Of a stretch of DNA of 46,771 bases, positions 7,801-19,200 are shown one piece after another. Made by a program: the position numbers and the translations under genes. Position 1 is the first letter of the stretch. Each line of letters begins with the position of its first letter. Source of the stretch: a virus (taxonomy: Duplodnaviria > Caudoviricetes); the IMG/VR virus record IMGVR_UViG_3300027828_000007, positions 1 through 46,771 of that record; one strand, 5' to 3'. The notes below the pieces were generated by a model, which saw only the letters and a list, made by a program, of their open reading frames with translations, searched no databases and was not told where the DNA came from.

Positions 7801-8407
7801 GGAAGTCGTAGCGGAAGCCACTGAGGCCCCCGCCGATGTAACGGAAGAAGCGCCCGTAGAGGCCGCTCCCGAAGCCGAAGCATCAGAGGGTGAGGCAGAA
7901 GAAGCCCCCTCAGTTCCAGAAACACCAGACGCATACGACATCGCGCTCCCAGAGGAAATCAAACTCGCGGGCGGCGAAGCCGTCACCTTCGATGAAAAGG
8001 ACCCGATGCTTGCGGAGTTCAAGGCCAAGGCTCACGAACTCGGCCTGAGCCAAGAGCAGTTCACGGACTTCCTTTCGTTCGGCGCAAATTTCCTCAAAGC
8101 CAATTTGGACGGCATCAGCACTGTTACTCAGGAGGCGGTGCAAGAACAAATCGCCAAGCTCGGCAAAACACCCGAGCAGCAAGAGCAGCGAGTTCAGAAC
8201 TTGTTTTCCGCGCTTACAAAACGCGGGAACGAGCAAGGCGCAACGGCCCTGATGAATGAAGTCAGGACCGTCGAGAGTTTCGAGTTTCTCGAAAAACTCC
8301 TCGAAGGCGCAAACGGCATGGGCGGCAAGCGCACTCCAGCCATCAACGGGACGATCAAGGAACGGCCTCCGATCCACGAACGTCTATTCGGACAAACAAG
8401 CCGATAG
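7739..8407 (+). CDS. Capsid scaffold protein
   Basis: Acidic low-complexity N-terminus, PETPDAYDI and ELGLSQEQF motifs; directly before capsid. Confidence 0.8.
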   Translation: MALETAPAENEVEATAETPSEEVVAEATEAPADVTEEAPVEAAPEAEASEGEAEEAPSVPETPDAYDIALPEEIKLAGGEAVTFDEKDPMLAEFKAKAHELGLSQEQFTDFLSFGANFLKANLDGISTVTQEAVQEQIAKLGKTPEQQEQRVQNLFSALTKRGNEQGATALMNEVRTVESFEFLEKLLEGANGMGGKRTPAINGTIKERPPIHERLFGQTSR

Positions 8408-8419
8408 GGATAGAAGAAA

Positions 8420-9421
8420 ATGGCAGCCTCATCTGCAACAAACCCGACGCTGGCGGACTGGAAGAACTCCTTGCTTCCTGACGGGAGTGTCGCGTCTGAC
8501 ATCATCGAAATTCTCAACGAGGAAAATGAAATCCTCGATGACGTAACCTTTATGGAAGGTAACCTTCCTACGGGCCACCGCACGGTCATCCGCTCGGGTC
8601 TTCCGAGCCCGACCTGGCGTAAGCTCTACGGCGGCGTTCAGCCGAGCAAATCAACCCGTGTCCAAGTGACGGACAACTGCGGGATGCTCGAAGCCTACGC
8701 CGAAGTGGACAAGGCTCTGGCAGACCTTTCCGGTAATACTGCGGCTTTCCGCCTTCAGGAAGCGCGTGGGCACATCGAAGGCTTCGGCCAAACGGTTGCC
8801 GACACGATGTTCTACGGCGACGAAGGTCTGTACCCCGAACGCTTCACGGGCCTCGCCCCGCGTTATGACTCGCTGTCCGCTGAAAACGCCGACAACATCA
8901 TCGACGCGGCTGGTACGGGTTCGGACAATGCCTCCATCTGGCTTGTCACATGGAGCCCGGACACCTGTCACGGCATCATTCCCAAGGGTTCCCAAGCGGG
9001 CCTTCAGATGAATGATAAAGGTCAGGTGACGATTGAAGACGTGGATGGTTCCGGTGGTCGCATGGAAGCCTACCGGACGCACTTCCGCTGGGACGTGGGC
9101 ATGACTGTCCGCGACTGGCGCTATGTGGTTCGCGTCTGCAACATCGACAAATCAGACCTGACGAAAAACGCCGCTTCCGGCGCTGACCTCATTGACCTGA
9201 TGACGCAAGCCATCGAACTCCTGCCATCGACCACCAAGGGTCGTCTGGCGTTCTATGTGCCCCGCACCGTCCGGTCGTTCCTGCGCCGCCAAATGGTGGC
9301 CAAGGTCGCTTCCTCGACCCTGATGATGGACGAAGTTGCAGGCCGTAAAGTCCTGACCTTCGACGGCATCCCGGTTCGGCGTTGCGATGCCCTGGCTGGC
9401 AACGAAGCCCGCGTTACCTAA
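8420..9421 (+). CDS. Major capsid protein (BPP-1 Bbp17/epsilon15 gp7-like)
   Basis: EGNLPTGH..RSGLP..TWRKLYGGV, FTGLAPRY, RDWRYVVR, FDGIPVRRCDAL. Confidence 0.92.
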   Translation: MAASSATNPTLADWKNSLLPDGSVASDIIEILNEENEILDDVTFMEGNLPTGHRTVIRSGLPSPTWRKLYGGVQPSKSTRVQVTDNCGMLEAYAEVDKALADLSGNTAAFRLQEARGHIEGFGQTVADTMFYGDEGLYPERFTGLAPRYDSLSAENADNIIDAAGTGSDNASIWLVTWSPDTCHGIIPKGSQAGLQMNDKGQVTIEDVDGSGGRMEAYRTHFRWDVGMTVRDWRYVVRVCNIDKSDLTKNAASGADLIDLMTQAIELLPSTTKGRLAFYVPRTVRSFLRRQMVAKVASSTLMMDEVAGRKVLTFDGIPVRRCDALAGNEARVT

Positions 9422-9448
9422 TCCATAGAGAAAGGTGGAGATAAAACC

Positions 9449-9907
9449 ATGATTATGGACGAACTCTTGGAATTTATGGACGCGCAGGCCGAGACGACCG
9501 CCGCAACCCACAATTCCGACTCCTACGTTGACCTCGGCGCTACTGCTGCGGCCCGCGAAATCGGACACGGCGAACCTCTTTACTTCGTTGTGACCTGTGA
9601 CACGACCCCGACTTCGGGTGGTTCGGCAACGGTACAGTTCAAGCTGGTATCGGACTCGACGACCACGATTTCGACGGACGGCACGGAAACCGCGCACATC
9701 ACCACGGACACGATTGCTTATGGCAGCATCGCAGCGGGTGATACGGTTGTGTGCCAAGCCATCCCCGACGGGGCGCTTTGGCCCTACGAGCGGTATCTTG
9801 GTGCTCAGCTTGTGATTGGTACGGCAGCTCTGACGGCAGGCAAGTTCAATGCCTTCCTGACGAAAGACCCGCATCGTATCACGTCGCTCCCGGACGCCAC
9901 TAACTAA
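9449..9907 (+). CDS. Capsid cement/decoration protein (Bbp16-like)
   Basis: MIMDELLEF...ERYLG...LTAGKFNAFLTKD; follows capsid. Confidence 0.8.
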   Translation: MIMDELLEFMDAQAETTAATHNSDSYVDLGATAAAREIGHGEPLYFVVTCDTTPTSGGSATVQFKLVSDSTTTISTDGTETAHITTDTIAYGSIAAGDTVVCQAIPDGALWPYERYLGAQLVIGTAALTAGKFNAFLTKDPHRITSLPDATN

Positions 9908-9917
9908 CAGGTGAACC

Positions 9918-10325
9918 GTGAAAGTACGCTTCAGACTTCCCTTCTACATCAAGGGCTATCGGTTTGAGAAAGGCTGGAACGATGTTCCTGACCAGTTCAA
10001 GGATCAACTGCCCTCTGATGCAGAGGTGGAGGGTGCGAAGGTAAAGGCGGAGGCAGGTGAGAAGAAGGCAAAGCCCGAGAAGGGCGAGAAGGTCGCTGAT
10101 CACGGCGAACGAGCCAAATCCTACCGCCTGCCTCCCAAAGTCTTCAAGGACGAAGACGCGGGGACGGAAGTGGACAGGGAGGTAGTCCTGAAAGCCGCCG
10201 TCTCCGACCATCTTGCGAAAGACCCCGCTAATTCCATTGCGACATGGAATGCGTTGAGCGAGGCGGACCGCAAGAAATATATGCAAGAAAAAGCCGCAGA
10301 GCTGTTACAGCCGTTGGCGGCATAG
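9918..10325 (+). CDS. Hypothetical head-region protein
   Basis: CAGGTG SD, GTG start; operon context. Confidence 0.6.
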   Translation: MKVRFRLPFYIKGYRFEKGWNDVPDQFKDQLPSDAEVEGAKVKAEAGEKKAKPEKGEKVADHGERAKSYRLPPKVFKDEDAGTEVDREVVLKAAVSDHLAKDPANSIATWNALSEADRKKYMQEKAAELLQPLAA

Positions 10326-10337
10326 GGAGCCAATCCA

Positions 10338-11144
10338 ATGACGACCGTATCCAGCACATTTACCGCTGTAGGGTCCAGCGCACAACTCAGCATCAAGCGG
10401 AATGAGAATGTCGAATATTCCCTTTCCGGGTCCGCGACCGCGACCGTTCTGCTTGAAGTGGATCGGAATGGCGGTGGTGCATGGGAAACGGTAGCGACCC
10501 TCGACGCTTCCACCAACCCGTCTGGTACTTACGATCACGTTGGGGACCGCGCAAAGGTCCGCATGACCTGTTCTGCTTATACGAGCGGGACGGCGACGTA
10601 TTCCTTCAATGACGTGGATGTGGTGGGTGAGCAAGTTATTACAGACCCGTATGGCACTGTTCTCGCCACTCCAAAGGAATCCGGCCTTGATTTCACGGCT
10701 GGCAAGCTGTCGGTAGCGGGAACCCCTGTCACGGCAACGGGCGCGGAACTCAATGTTCTCGATGACGCGGCCATTGACCTGACCATTGGTCTTGCGGCTT
10801 CTACCGTTACCGACGCCATGGATATTACCATCACGGTCAAGGACGGCGCAGGCACCGCAATTGATGCGGTCCACGAAATCGAATGGTGGATTTCGGAAGC
10901 GGCTACGGGCATTGGCCTTACGGCTGATTCCTATTCCGGTGATGTGACTGCGGTTACGGGCACGGAATGGCTTGAGCATACTTCGAAGAAGCACTATACA
11001 TACCTCACGGACGTGAACGGCGTCCTTGTTGCCCGTGCGGTAGCAAGCGCCAATCCGACCGACCAGTATGTAGCCGCCCGACACCCGATTACGGGCAAGC
11101 TCGTTGTGTCCGCCGCGAGCGGCACGAACTGGGAAGGCGCATAA
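10338..11144 (+). CDS. Putative structural (head fibre/decoration) protein
   Basis: Thr/Ala/Val-rich beta-type composition; GGGAG SD. Confidence 0.6.
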   Translation: MTTVSSTFTAVGSSAQLSIKRNENVEYSLSGSATATVLLEVDRNGGGAWETVATLDASTNPSGTYDHVGDRAKVRMTCSAYTSGTATYSFNDVDVVGEQVITDPYGTVLATPKESGLDFTAGKLSVAGTPVTATGAELNVLDDAAIDLTIGLAASTVTDAMDITITVKDGAGTAIDAVHEIEWWISEAATGIGLTADSYSGDVTAVTGTEWLEHTSKKHYTYLTDVNGVLVARAVASANPTDQYVAARHPITGKLVVSAASGTNWEGA

Positions 11145-11155
11145 CAACTTCCTCC

Positions 11156-11224
11156 CGGTGGGTGGTTTCTCCTTCCCCTCACCGACACAGCGCGAGGGCG
11201 GTCCTTTCCTCCGGGGGCCGCCCT
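11156..11224 (+). other. Twin hairpins with CU-rich loops; second may act as terminator
   Basis: CGGTGGG/CTCACCG and AGGGCGGTCCT/GGGGCCGCCCT stems; loops contain CTCCTT and TTCCTCC. Confidence 0.55.
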
Positions 11225-11231
11225 TACTGTT

Positions 11232-11266
11232 GGTGCGTTATGACTTGAGTTCCAAAGGCTCAATTT
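11232..11266 (+). promoter_or_regulatory. Phage late promoter GGTGCGTT-N21-CAATTT, 6 nt before ATG 11273
   Basis: Conserved motif and spacing; no SD. Confidence 0.7.
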
Positions 11267-11272
11267 CGCAGC

Positions 11273-11920
11273 ATGACTATTTTCGCCGCTCCTGTTGAAA
11301 TCTTCCGCGCTGCAATGCCGATGCTCGGCCTTGAGCCCCCCGCGTCTATTGACGATCAGACGGATGAGGCGGTGATTGCTAAGGCTGGGTATGAGGGGAT
11401 CGTGGCCGAAGCCCTGATGATGCACGGCTGGTCGTTCGCCACCAAATCCAGCGCCTTGACCCAGGATGCGGAAACCAACGACGAGCCCGCGTATTCATAC
11501 CCGCTTCCTTCCGATATTCTACTGCCGCGCTTTATCCAGCTCGATACCTACCAATTCGAGGACTATGTGGTCCGTGGCGGCAAGATGATCTGTAACGTCG
11601 AGAACGATGACGGGTTCAAGATTTTCTATACATATCGGGCGGGTGAACAGGATTGGCCTGCCGATTTCGCGTGGGGGATTGTCAACAAGCTCGCTGCCTA
11701 TCTGGCGCGGGGCATCCTGAATGACGATCAGAAGGGCAACCTTTATGACGCCATCGGCAATCAGAAGCTCACGCAAGCCAAGGCTCGTGACCGGAACAGG
11801 GGCAGAACACCGCTCCGCGATCCTGACCCCGTGCTGGTCCGTGCATGGCGCGGGTCGCAAGTCACGAACGGCACGAAGATGGCATATAGCTGGACTGCAT
11901 ACGCAGACGCCACGAACTAG
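11273..11920 (+). CDS. Tail adaptor (tail tubular protein A-like)
   Basis: ALMMHGWSFAT, YSYPLPSD, WPADF motifs; synteny. Confidence 0.8.
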   Translation: MTIFAAPVEIFRAAMPMLGLEPPASIDDQTDEAVIAKAGYEGIVAEALMMHGWSFATKSSALTQDAETNDEPAYSYPLPSDILLPRFIQLDTYQFEDYVVRGGKMICNVENDDGFKIFYTYRAGEQDWPADFAWGIVNKLAAYLARGILNDDQKGNLYDAIGNQKLTQAKARDRNRGRTPLRDPDPVLVRAWRGSQVTNGTKMAYSWTAYADATN

Positions 11921-11928
11921 GAGGCGTC

Positions 11929-14082
11929 ATGTCCAGACAAAGAGATTTCAGGCCCTCCTTCGAACGCGGCGAACTGAGCCCCGAGTTTATGCGGCGGGGG
12001 GATAGCGAGGCGTTCAATACCGCCTGCGCCCAATTCAGGAATGCGATCACCGTTCGTGGTGGTGGGGCAAAGAGACGCCCCGGCTCTACGCAACGGGCTG
12101 TCTTGGGAACTCTCCCCGGTCGCCTCCACCGCTATAAGGGCCGCAACGGCGTCAAGGAAGAGCTGTTCCTCTATTATGACACGGGCGATGCGCGGTCTGA
12201 AGTAGCGATATACAATTCATCGGGGACAGCAATCCAGACGATAACGGCTGACCTTCCATGGACAACTGCGGCTGAGATTCAGGAGCTTGTCATCACTTCT
12301 GACGAGAACGCCGTCTATATCTTCCATGAGGACTATATCACTCAGGTCTTGACCTATGGTGCGAGCGGCACATGGACGCGCGCTGACCTGTCTTTCGTTT
12401 CCGGTATCGGGAACAAGATCAATCAGCCGTTCTACCGCTTTGCTGATCCTGGGATTACTATGGGTGTGTCGGCCCGTACCGGGTCAATAACCCTCACATT
12501 TTCCTCCGCTGTCCTGACGGGAACGTCCGCCGATGTGGGCACACGCTTTCGCTTCCTCATCAATAACGAGGTGGAGGTGACGGCGGCGAACACCACCACA
12601 TCATGCACTGCAACGGTTCAGGACACGATATATCCGTCCTTTAATCTCCAAGTGGCTTCGTCTGCGGGGTTCAAGGTTGGCCAGGTTTGCCAAACCGATC
12701 TGGACGAGCTGACCTGTATCGTGACTGCAATTCCCGATGGGACGCACGTTACGGTCGTGATGTTCCAGACCTATGACACGCCGTCCACGTCTTCGGCTAA
12801 TAACCTCGTTGGTCCTGAGTCATCCACCTCGATTACAACTGCGGGGAGCGCATCAACGCCCACCTCTACGACCATCTGGGATGAAAGCCTTGTGTCTGCT
12901 GCTCGTGGGTATCCAAGCACGGGGATCATTCACCGGAACCGTCTATGCCTTGGGGGCTTTCCTCAAGCAACGAACGTGTTTGCTGCTTCCGCCCTCGGTG
13001 CCCTTGGTGACTTCAACACGGGTGATGCCTTCGATAATGAGGCAATTGTCGAAACGCTGGGCGATGACCCGAACTCGACAATCCGGTATTTCTCCTCATC
13101 GAACCAATTGCTCGTGTTCACGGATCGTGGGTCATACTATGTGCCGGAATCATCGGACTCGCCCATGACGCCGACGAACATCGGCTTCTACCTGATTAGC
13201 CCTGATGCGATTGCGAGCGTCCCTCCAGTAACGACTGCGGAGGGCGTTCTATTCATTGATGAAGCGGCAAAACGTATTCTTGTGGCCACCCCGACCGGGA
13301 CGGTGCGCCGTTCATGGTTGACCACCGAGATTTCGGAGGGGGCGTATCACCTGATTTCTGATCCATCGCGCCTTGTGGTTGCTGACGGCCTGGACGGCAG
13401 AAGTGAGCGGTATGCCTTCGCCCTCAATGACGATGGAAGCCTCGTTGTCCTTATGTATCGTCGGGGGCAGGAACTTGTGGCCATGGGAAAATGGTCGCGA
13501 GGGTTCGGGACGTGGGAAGATATTATAGCCGACAATGATGAAGTGGTCTTCATCTCCAAAGCTGGGGATGACTATCGCTTATGCGATCTGGATTTTGATG
13601 CGCTGACAGACGATGAGGTGGCATTCACCGCCGCCGTCGCGGCCCGTGCATCACAAGAGGCAGAGGTGGTCAAAGCCAAGTCTGTCGTCTATTCTGGGAC
13701 ATTGAATGGGTCTGGTGATATGGCGGATTATCCGGCTGACACGGACCTTACAATCGGACATGACTTTGCGTTTACTCTGGAGCCAACCCCTTATGTGAAC
13801 AAATACATGGGTTCAAGGCGGTGCAGAATTACAAGATTTGACGTGGACGTTCTGGAATCAGGACCATTCCGCGTTAGTGCAAATGGCAGGTCTAAGACAA
13901 AACTGTTCTGGCCCTATCTCGGGGGCGATGACCTTTCTGTCGATGGCGCTACGGCGACCAAGACCTACACAGGAACGGCGATGGGCTGGACAGTGGCCCC
14001 ATCACTCCAGATAAAACAGCTAAAAGGCGAAGGAGCCGAGCTGACCGTCCGCGCCGTAACTATGCAAGTGGAGACTTCGTAA
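11929..14082 (+). CDS. Tail nozzle (tail tubular protein B-like)
   Basis: SFERGELSP...RGGGAKRRPGS start; RGYP...HRNRL; 717 aa. Confidence 0.85.
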   Translation: MSRQRDFRPSFERGELSPEFMRRGDSEAFNTACAQFRNAITVRGGGAKRRPGSTQRAVLGTLPGRLHRYKGRNGVKEELFLYYDTGDARSEVAIYNSSGTAIQTITADLPWTTAAEIQELVITSDENAVYIFHEDYITQVLTYGASGTWTRADLSFVSGIGNKINQPFYRFADPGITMGVSARTGSITLTFSSAVLTGTSADVGTRFRFLINNEVEVTAANTTTSCTATVQDTIYPSFNLQVASSAGFKVGQVCQTDLDELTCIVTAIPDGTHVTVVMFQTYDTPSTSSANNLVGPESSTSITTAGSASTPTSTTIWDESLVSAARGYPSTGIIHRNRLCLGGFPQATNVFAASALGALGDFNTGDAFDNEAIVETLGDDPNSTIRYFSSSNQLLVFTDRGSYYVPESSDSPMTPTNIGFYLISPDAIASVPPVTTAEGVLFIDEAAKRILVATPTGTVRRSWLTTEISEGAYHLISDPSRLVVADGLDGRSERYAFALNDDGSLVVLMYRRGQELVAMGKWSRGFGTWEDIIADNDEVVFISKAGDDYRLCDLDFDALTDDEVAFTAAVAARASQEAEVVKAKSVVYSGTLNGSGDMADYPADTDLTIGHDFAFTLEPTPYVNKYMGSRRCRITRFDVDVLESGPFRVSANGRSKTKLFWPYLGGDDLSVDGATATKTYTGTAMGWTVAPSLQIKQLKGEGAELTVRAVTMQVETS

Positions 14083-14537
14083 TGGACCCGGTATCAGCGA
14101 CAATTGCCATAGCGAGTTCCGTCGCTAGTGCGGGGGCCTCCATCTACTCTGGCATCCAGCAGTCCAAAGCCTATGATGCACAGTCTCAGGCGGCACGGAT
14201 TGAAGGGGAGATCGCTGGTATTCGGGGCAAGCAGATCAGCGCCCAGAAGCGGGATGAGCTGAACCGTGTTTTGGCTTCAATTGATACAATGCGTGTCTCT
14301 CGCGGGGTCGGGCTCGATAGCCCCACATCCTTTGCGATCCGTCAGAATGAGCGCGAGCGGTCACGCTATGCGCGTGGCGCCGCTGATTTGGGAACGCGCC
14401 TTGAGCAGTTCAGATCCAACACGGCAGCGAGGGGATATTCCCAAGCAGCAAACTCTGCCTATGTCGGCGGGTTCCTTAATGCCTTGCCTCAACTGGTATC
14501 TGCGGCCGGTGATTTCAGCAGTGCGATTGGGAAATAG
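14082..14537 (+). CDS. Internal virion/ejection protein (small)
   Basis: MDPVSA..Ala-rich, SRGVGLDSPTS; synteny. Confidence 0.75.
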   Translation: MDPVSATIAIASSVASAGASIYSGIQQSKAYDAQSQAARIEGEIAGIRGKQISAQKRDELNRVLASIDTMRVSRGVGLDSPTSFAIRQNERERSRYARGAADLGTRLEQFRSNTAARGYSQAANSAYVGGFLNALPQLVSAAGDFSSAIGK

Positions 14538-14539
14538 AT

Positions 14540-16267
14540 ATGCCCCAGACACTCCCCACAGTTCAGGACGCTACACCCACCCCTAACGTCGATCTCACGA
14601 GTTCGGCGGGGGCGAGCTATCGCGCGCAGTCTGCGCTATTCGGGGATCTGGCGAATTCAGCGGCGGAACTTCGGCAACAGCTCCAGCCCATCCTCGACCA
14701 GCAAGCGGAGGCGCGGGCACTTGAATCTGTTGACCAAGCCTTTGCCCAAAGACCAGAGGGCGACACATCGCTTCCCGATCTGAGCCTTCGCTCGGCATGG
14801 ACACGGCAGGATCAGGTGTATAACAATGCCGTTACCGCAGGCGCTATGGCGCGTGCTGGTATTGACGCAGAAGCAGAAGCCACTCGCCTCAGAGAACAAT
14901 TCTCCTATGATCCTACGGGCTTCGAGAGTGCCTACACGCAATTCGTGGACGGCTATGTCGAGAATGCCCCACCCCAAATCGGGCAGCAAATTGAACTGGA
15001 CATGCTCCAGACCTTTTCCCGTGAGCAAGCGCGCATCGCGGAGCGTACCCGTGTTGCCGCTGTCGGGGAACAGGAAGAAGCACTGACAACCCGCATGGCT
15101 CATCTCGACGAGCAGATGCGGAGCGGCATTACGCAGGGTGGCATAGGCTTTGTTGATTCCGAGGAGGGGTCACGTCTCGCGGCCCAATACGCGGATATTG
15201 TCAACATTCTCGTCGATAACCCCGCTTTCGGACACTCAGCAGAGTGGGGCGCGGATCAGCTAGACACATTCAGCACGAGAGCGCGCGAGAGCGTTCTTAT
15301 CGAGGGTGTACGCGGCATCTATACAGATGAAGGGCCGATTGCTGCGCTAGAGTTCGTGGATGAGCAAGTCCGTTCTATGGACCTTTCCAGCGAGGAAGCG
15401 ATTGGCGTTCGTAGCCGCCTTATGGGTGAGATTAATTCCCTGACGAACATTGACTCTGCCCGGCGTTCCGCCCGGCGTGAGCAGGATGAAATGGCCCATG
15501 AACAGGTCGTGGCTCTGGGCCGTGACTTTCTGGCGCGCGGCCTTGAACAACGTTCCGTCGGGCAACCCCTATCAGAAGAATGGCTGTCCCAAGTCCCTGA
15601 CATGGTTCGCATCGGGGCAATCACAGAATCACAGGCGCGGCAATATATGGATGCATCCACTGGCGCTATTCCGTCTGACGACCGCCTAGTCGCAGAATAT
15701 GAGGATTTTGCCAGAAGGGGGCAGATGTCAGAAGAAGAACTCGTGGCCAACCTGAATCCACTTCTGGGGCGCGGTATCAATGCAGAGGACCGCCGCCGCA
15801 TTCTCGAAATTCGTGATCAGTATGACGACGAGCGCCTGCAAGCTGGTACTGCTGTGATAACTGCGGCATTCGGGCAAGCAGCATTCGATTTTGCCTTCGA
15901 TAATAGTCAGGCAGTTCTTGAGCAGGAAGCGATCTTGGAACTCGGGCGGTGGCTTGAGGATAACCCGGAAGCAACTCGCTTTGACGCGCCGAGGCAGGCG
16001 ACCCTGATTTCCATTCGCTTGGGCCGGAGTATTGGGGCACCGCCCGTTCCTAGACGCGGAGCACCTGACGTGTCGGCAACCGAAGACACCTTCCAGGGGT
16101 GGTGGAATGATTGGCTTGATTACGACATCAGGCAAACCGACACGGGTGGTTGGGGGTCAGAGGCGGAGGCAACCGCGCAGCGTGAGTCGATGAGAAACTA
16201 TCGTGACTGGTGGCAGTATCAAAACAGCCTGACCCAGATGGAGCGGAACCTGAACAATGCCCAGTAA
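14540..16267 (+). CDS. Internal virion/ejection protein (medium)
   Basis: Helical 575-aa protein between small and large ejection genes. Confidence 0.65.
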   Translation: MPQTLPTVQDATPTPNVDLTSSAGASYRAQSALFGDLANSAAELRQQLQPILDQQAEARALESVDQAFAQRPEGDTSLPDLSLRSAWTRQDQVYNNAVTAGAMARAGIDAEAEATRLREQFSYDPTGFESAYTQFVDGYVENAPPQIGQQIELDMLQTFSREQARIAERTRVAAVGEQEEALTTRMAHLDEQMRSGITQGGIGFVDSEEGSRLAAQYADIVNILVDNPAFGHSAEWGADQLDTFSTRARESVLIEGVRGIYTDEGPIAALEFVDEQVRSMDLSSEEAIGVRSRLMGEINSLTNIDSARRSARREQDEMAHEQVVALGRDFLARGLEQRSVGQPLSEEWLSQVPDMVRIGAITESQARQYMDASTGAIPSDDRLVAEYEDFARRGQMSEEELVANLNPLLGRGINAEDRRRILEIRDQYDDERLQAGTAVITAAFGQAAFDFAFDNSQAVLEQEAILELGRWLEDNPEATRFDAPRQATLISIRLGRSIGAPPVPRRGAPDVSATEDTFQGWWNDWLDYDIRQTDTGGWGSEAEATAQRESMRNYRDWWQYQNSLTQMERNLNNAQ

Positions 16268-19200
16268 CGGAACCACATATCAAGACACGATTGACAGATC
16301 GCGCCCCATTTTGGAGAACCCGGACGGCACATTTTCCACTGAGGAAAGTATCACCGTAGAGGAGGGGAGCCTTAACAATGGCCGCCCCACAAACATTCCA
16401 TCAATTTGGGACGGACAGAGGCTATCCGACGACGAGGCTATTCAAAGGGCTGTCGAGAGCGGCATGAACTTTGAGTCTTATGACACGGTGGACGCCGCTG
16501 TCGCGGCGGCGCAAGAGCGGTCTGCTGAAATAGGTGTTGTCCGCGAGGGTGATAGAAAGCCTCCCAGCGGCCCCAAAAACATGCGCGATACAATGATGGC
16601 GAGCGCCGACCGCGAGCGCCAGATTACCTACGAGCAGGAGCTTGAGCGCCGTCGTCAGGAATTGGCGGGCGAGCAGCAGGCTGATACACCCGGTAATGCC
16701 GAACCCGCACAGGGCGCGGACATTGGCCTCACCATGCCCGCAGGTGCGCCGAACACCCCGCCCGGAACCCCGGCCCCGGAGGATGAGGGCGGCATCCTCC
16801 AGACGGCAGGGGCGGTGACGAGTGACGTTGTAACCGGGCTCACGCGCGAAATGCCTTTTGCTGTCGCCAATGGCGTGGTGCGGGCTTTCAACGAGACGGT
16901 GGATTTTGCGGAGTCCGCTTCTGAGGCTGTGTCACGCATTGGCCCTGACGGCTCCGAGGGTGCAATTAGGGCGGCGATTGGCGCGATCCCTGGCGCTGGT
17001 CCTGCCTTGGCGCAAGCATCTCAGCCGGGCCAAGACCTTCCCGATGTTCCTGAATTGCCTCAGCCCGAGTCTGTGACGGGCCAAGCAGTCCAAACGCTAT
17101 CGCAATTCTTGGCTGGTTTTGTGGGCGTTGGGAAAGTAACGAAAGCGGCAAATATTCTGCAAGGCGCAAGCCGAGCCTCATTTTTAGCGAGGGGGTGGCT
17201 GAATGGGGCTCTTGCCGCAGGGACAGTTTTTGACCCCCACGAGGAGAGGCTGTCCAACCTGATACAAGACATCCCCGCGCTCAGGAATCCCGTGACGGAG
17301 TACCTTGCGGCAGACCCCGCCGACGGAGAGATGGAGGGACGCCTTAAATCTGCATTAGAGGACGCCGCGCTTGGCCCCATAGCGGACGGCATTGTTGGTG
17401 GTATCCGCGCCATCCGCGCCGCTCGCAACCTGACGCGCTCGGTTGATGATAGCCTCGCTTTCCTTGACCGCGCTGACGAGGGCGCGAGAGCCGATATTGA
17501 GCGCGATGTGTACCGGAACGGAACACCTGACGGCCCTGCCGTTACCGTGTCAGAACCGCGCCGCATGGAAGATCAACTTGACCTTATCAATCGGTCGGAT
17601 GAGGCGACGGGCCGAAATGGCCTGACACCGACAGAGGCGCAACGTGTCGTGAGCGGCACCACCGTTCCCGGCTACACGCTATCTGATGGGCGTGAACTCA
17701 GCATCAACATGAATGCCCTCAATACAGAGGAAGACATTCAGGCAACGATCAGCCAAATGGCTGATATTTTCGCGCCGGAACTCGAAGGCACAAGACGCGG
17801 CGTTCGTGGTAACGCGACTGTTATTCAGGACTTGCAAACACAATCCGGCTGGGACGCGCTGAACATGCGCCGCGTTGGTCAACCCCTTTCGGACAGCGAA
17901 ACACTTGCCGCTCAAAGCCTCTATGTCACTTCAGGAAGCAATGTCAGAAGCGCGATTGCTCATGCACTGGAGCATCCTGATTCCACCGCCGCCCAGTTCG
18001 CGGCAAGACGGGCACTCACAGTTCACCGCGCCATTCAGGCACAGATTGCGGGGGCAAAAGCTGATGCTGGTAGGGCGCTTCGTGCGTGGGGTATTCCTGC
18101 CGAAGCCACAGCCAATGCTCGCCGTGAAATGGAGAACATTGTTGACCTCCATGGGGGCCGTCTCAGCGAGAAAGACCTGACACGCTTGCAGGAAATCGCG
18201 GGCGACGCGGGCCGTCTCGATACAGCCACACGCCGTGGGTTTCACCCCGTGGCAGAAGTAGCATCCGAATGGATCAGATTCGCGTTCCTTGGCAACCCCC
18301 TGACACAGGCAGCCAACCTTATCGGCAACACCTTTGCCATTGCTTATGATACGCTCCCCCGTCTGGGCGCTGGGGTGCAGGGGCTCCTGTTTGACGACCC
18401 CGCCCTGACACGGGAACTCCGGTCGGTGCTGGATGAATATGCGGGCCTTGCGGCTGGGGCACGAGTCCAGTTCGCCAACTTCGCCAGAACAGCAGACTAT
18501 GCCCGCATGGGCAGAACGCTTGCCGAAGCCGCTCAGAGGCCCACCCTGCGTGGTAAGCTCATGGGGACAGGCGCAGCGATAGCGCGTGATAACCCCATCT
18601 CAGCGACCTTCAGGGGCCGTTTTGATGACTTTGGGTCAAGCGGGCAGAAATGGGTGGATACGAATGGCGGCTCCCGCGCTGTGTCGGCGGAGCGATTTGG
18701 CGCTCAGGGCGGGACCATGTGGGGCAATTTCCTCAATGCGTCCGGCGCCGTGCTGTCTGCGCCTCAAGAGTTCCTCGGCTTTGCTGATGATTTCTTCAAG
18801 GGCATTAACCACTATTCCACCCGCTACCGCCTCGCGGCCCGCCAGGCAAGGGATGAGCTGGGTGAGGGCGCGTCTCGTGAGCAATATACATCTCGCATGC
18901 GTGAGCTTATAGAGAACCCGACCGATGACGCGCTGGAAGAAGCGGTCAATGTCGCCCGGATGCGGACCTTTACCGAGCCCATCGGCAAAAATACGCGGGC
19001 TATTCTCGACCTTAGAAATACGCTGAACAGGGGCGGGCTTCCCCTCGGCAGCCTTCTCATGCCTTTCGTAGTGACGCCATCGAATATCCTCAAATTCGCG
19101 TTCCGCAACAGCATTACGGGGCTTATGTGGAAAGACCTGTGGGATGATCTGGGCGCTGGCGGCGTTCGTGCTGCAACTGCGAGAAGCCGTATTGCGTCGG

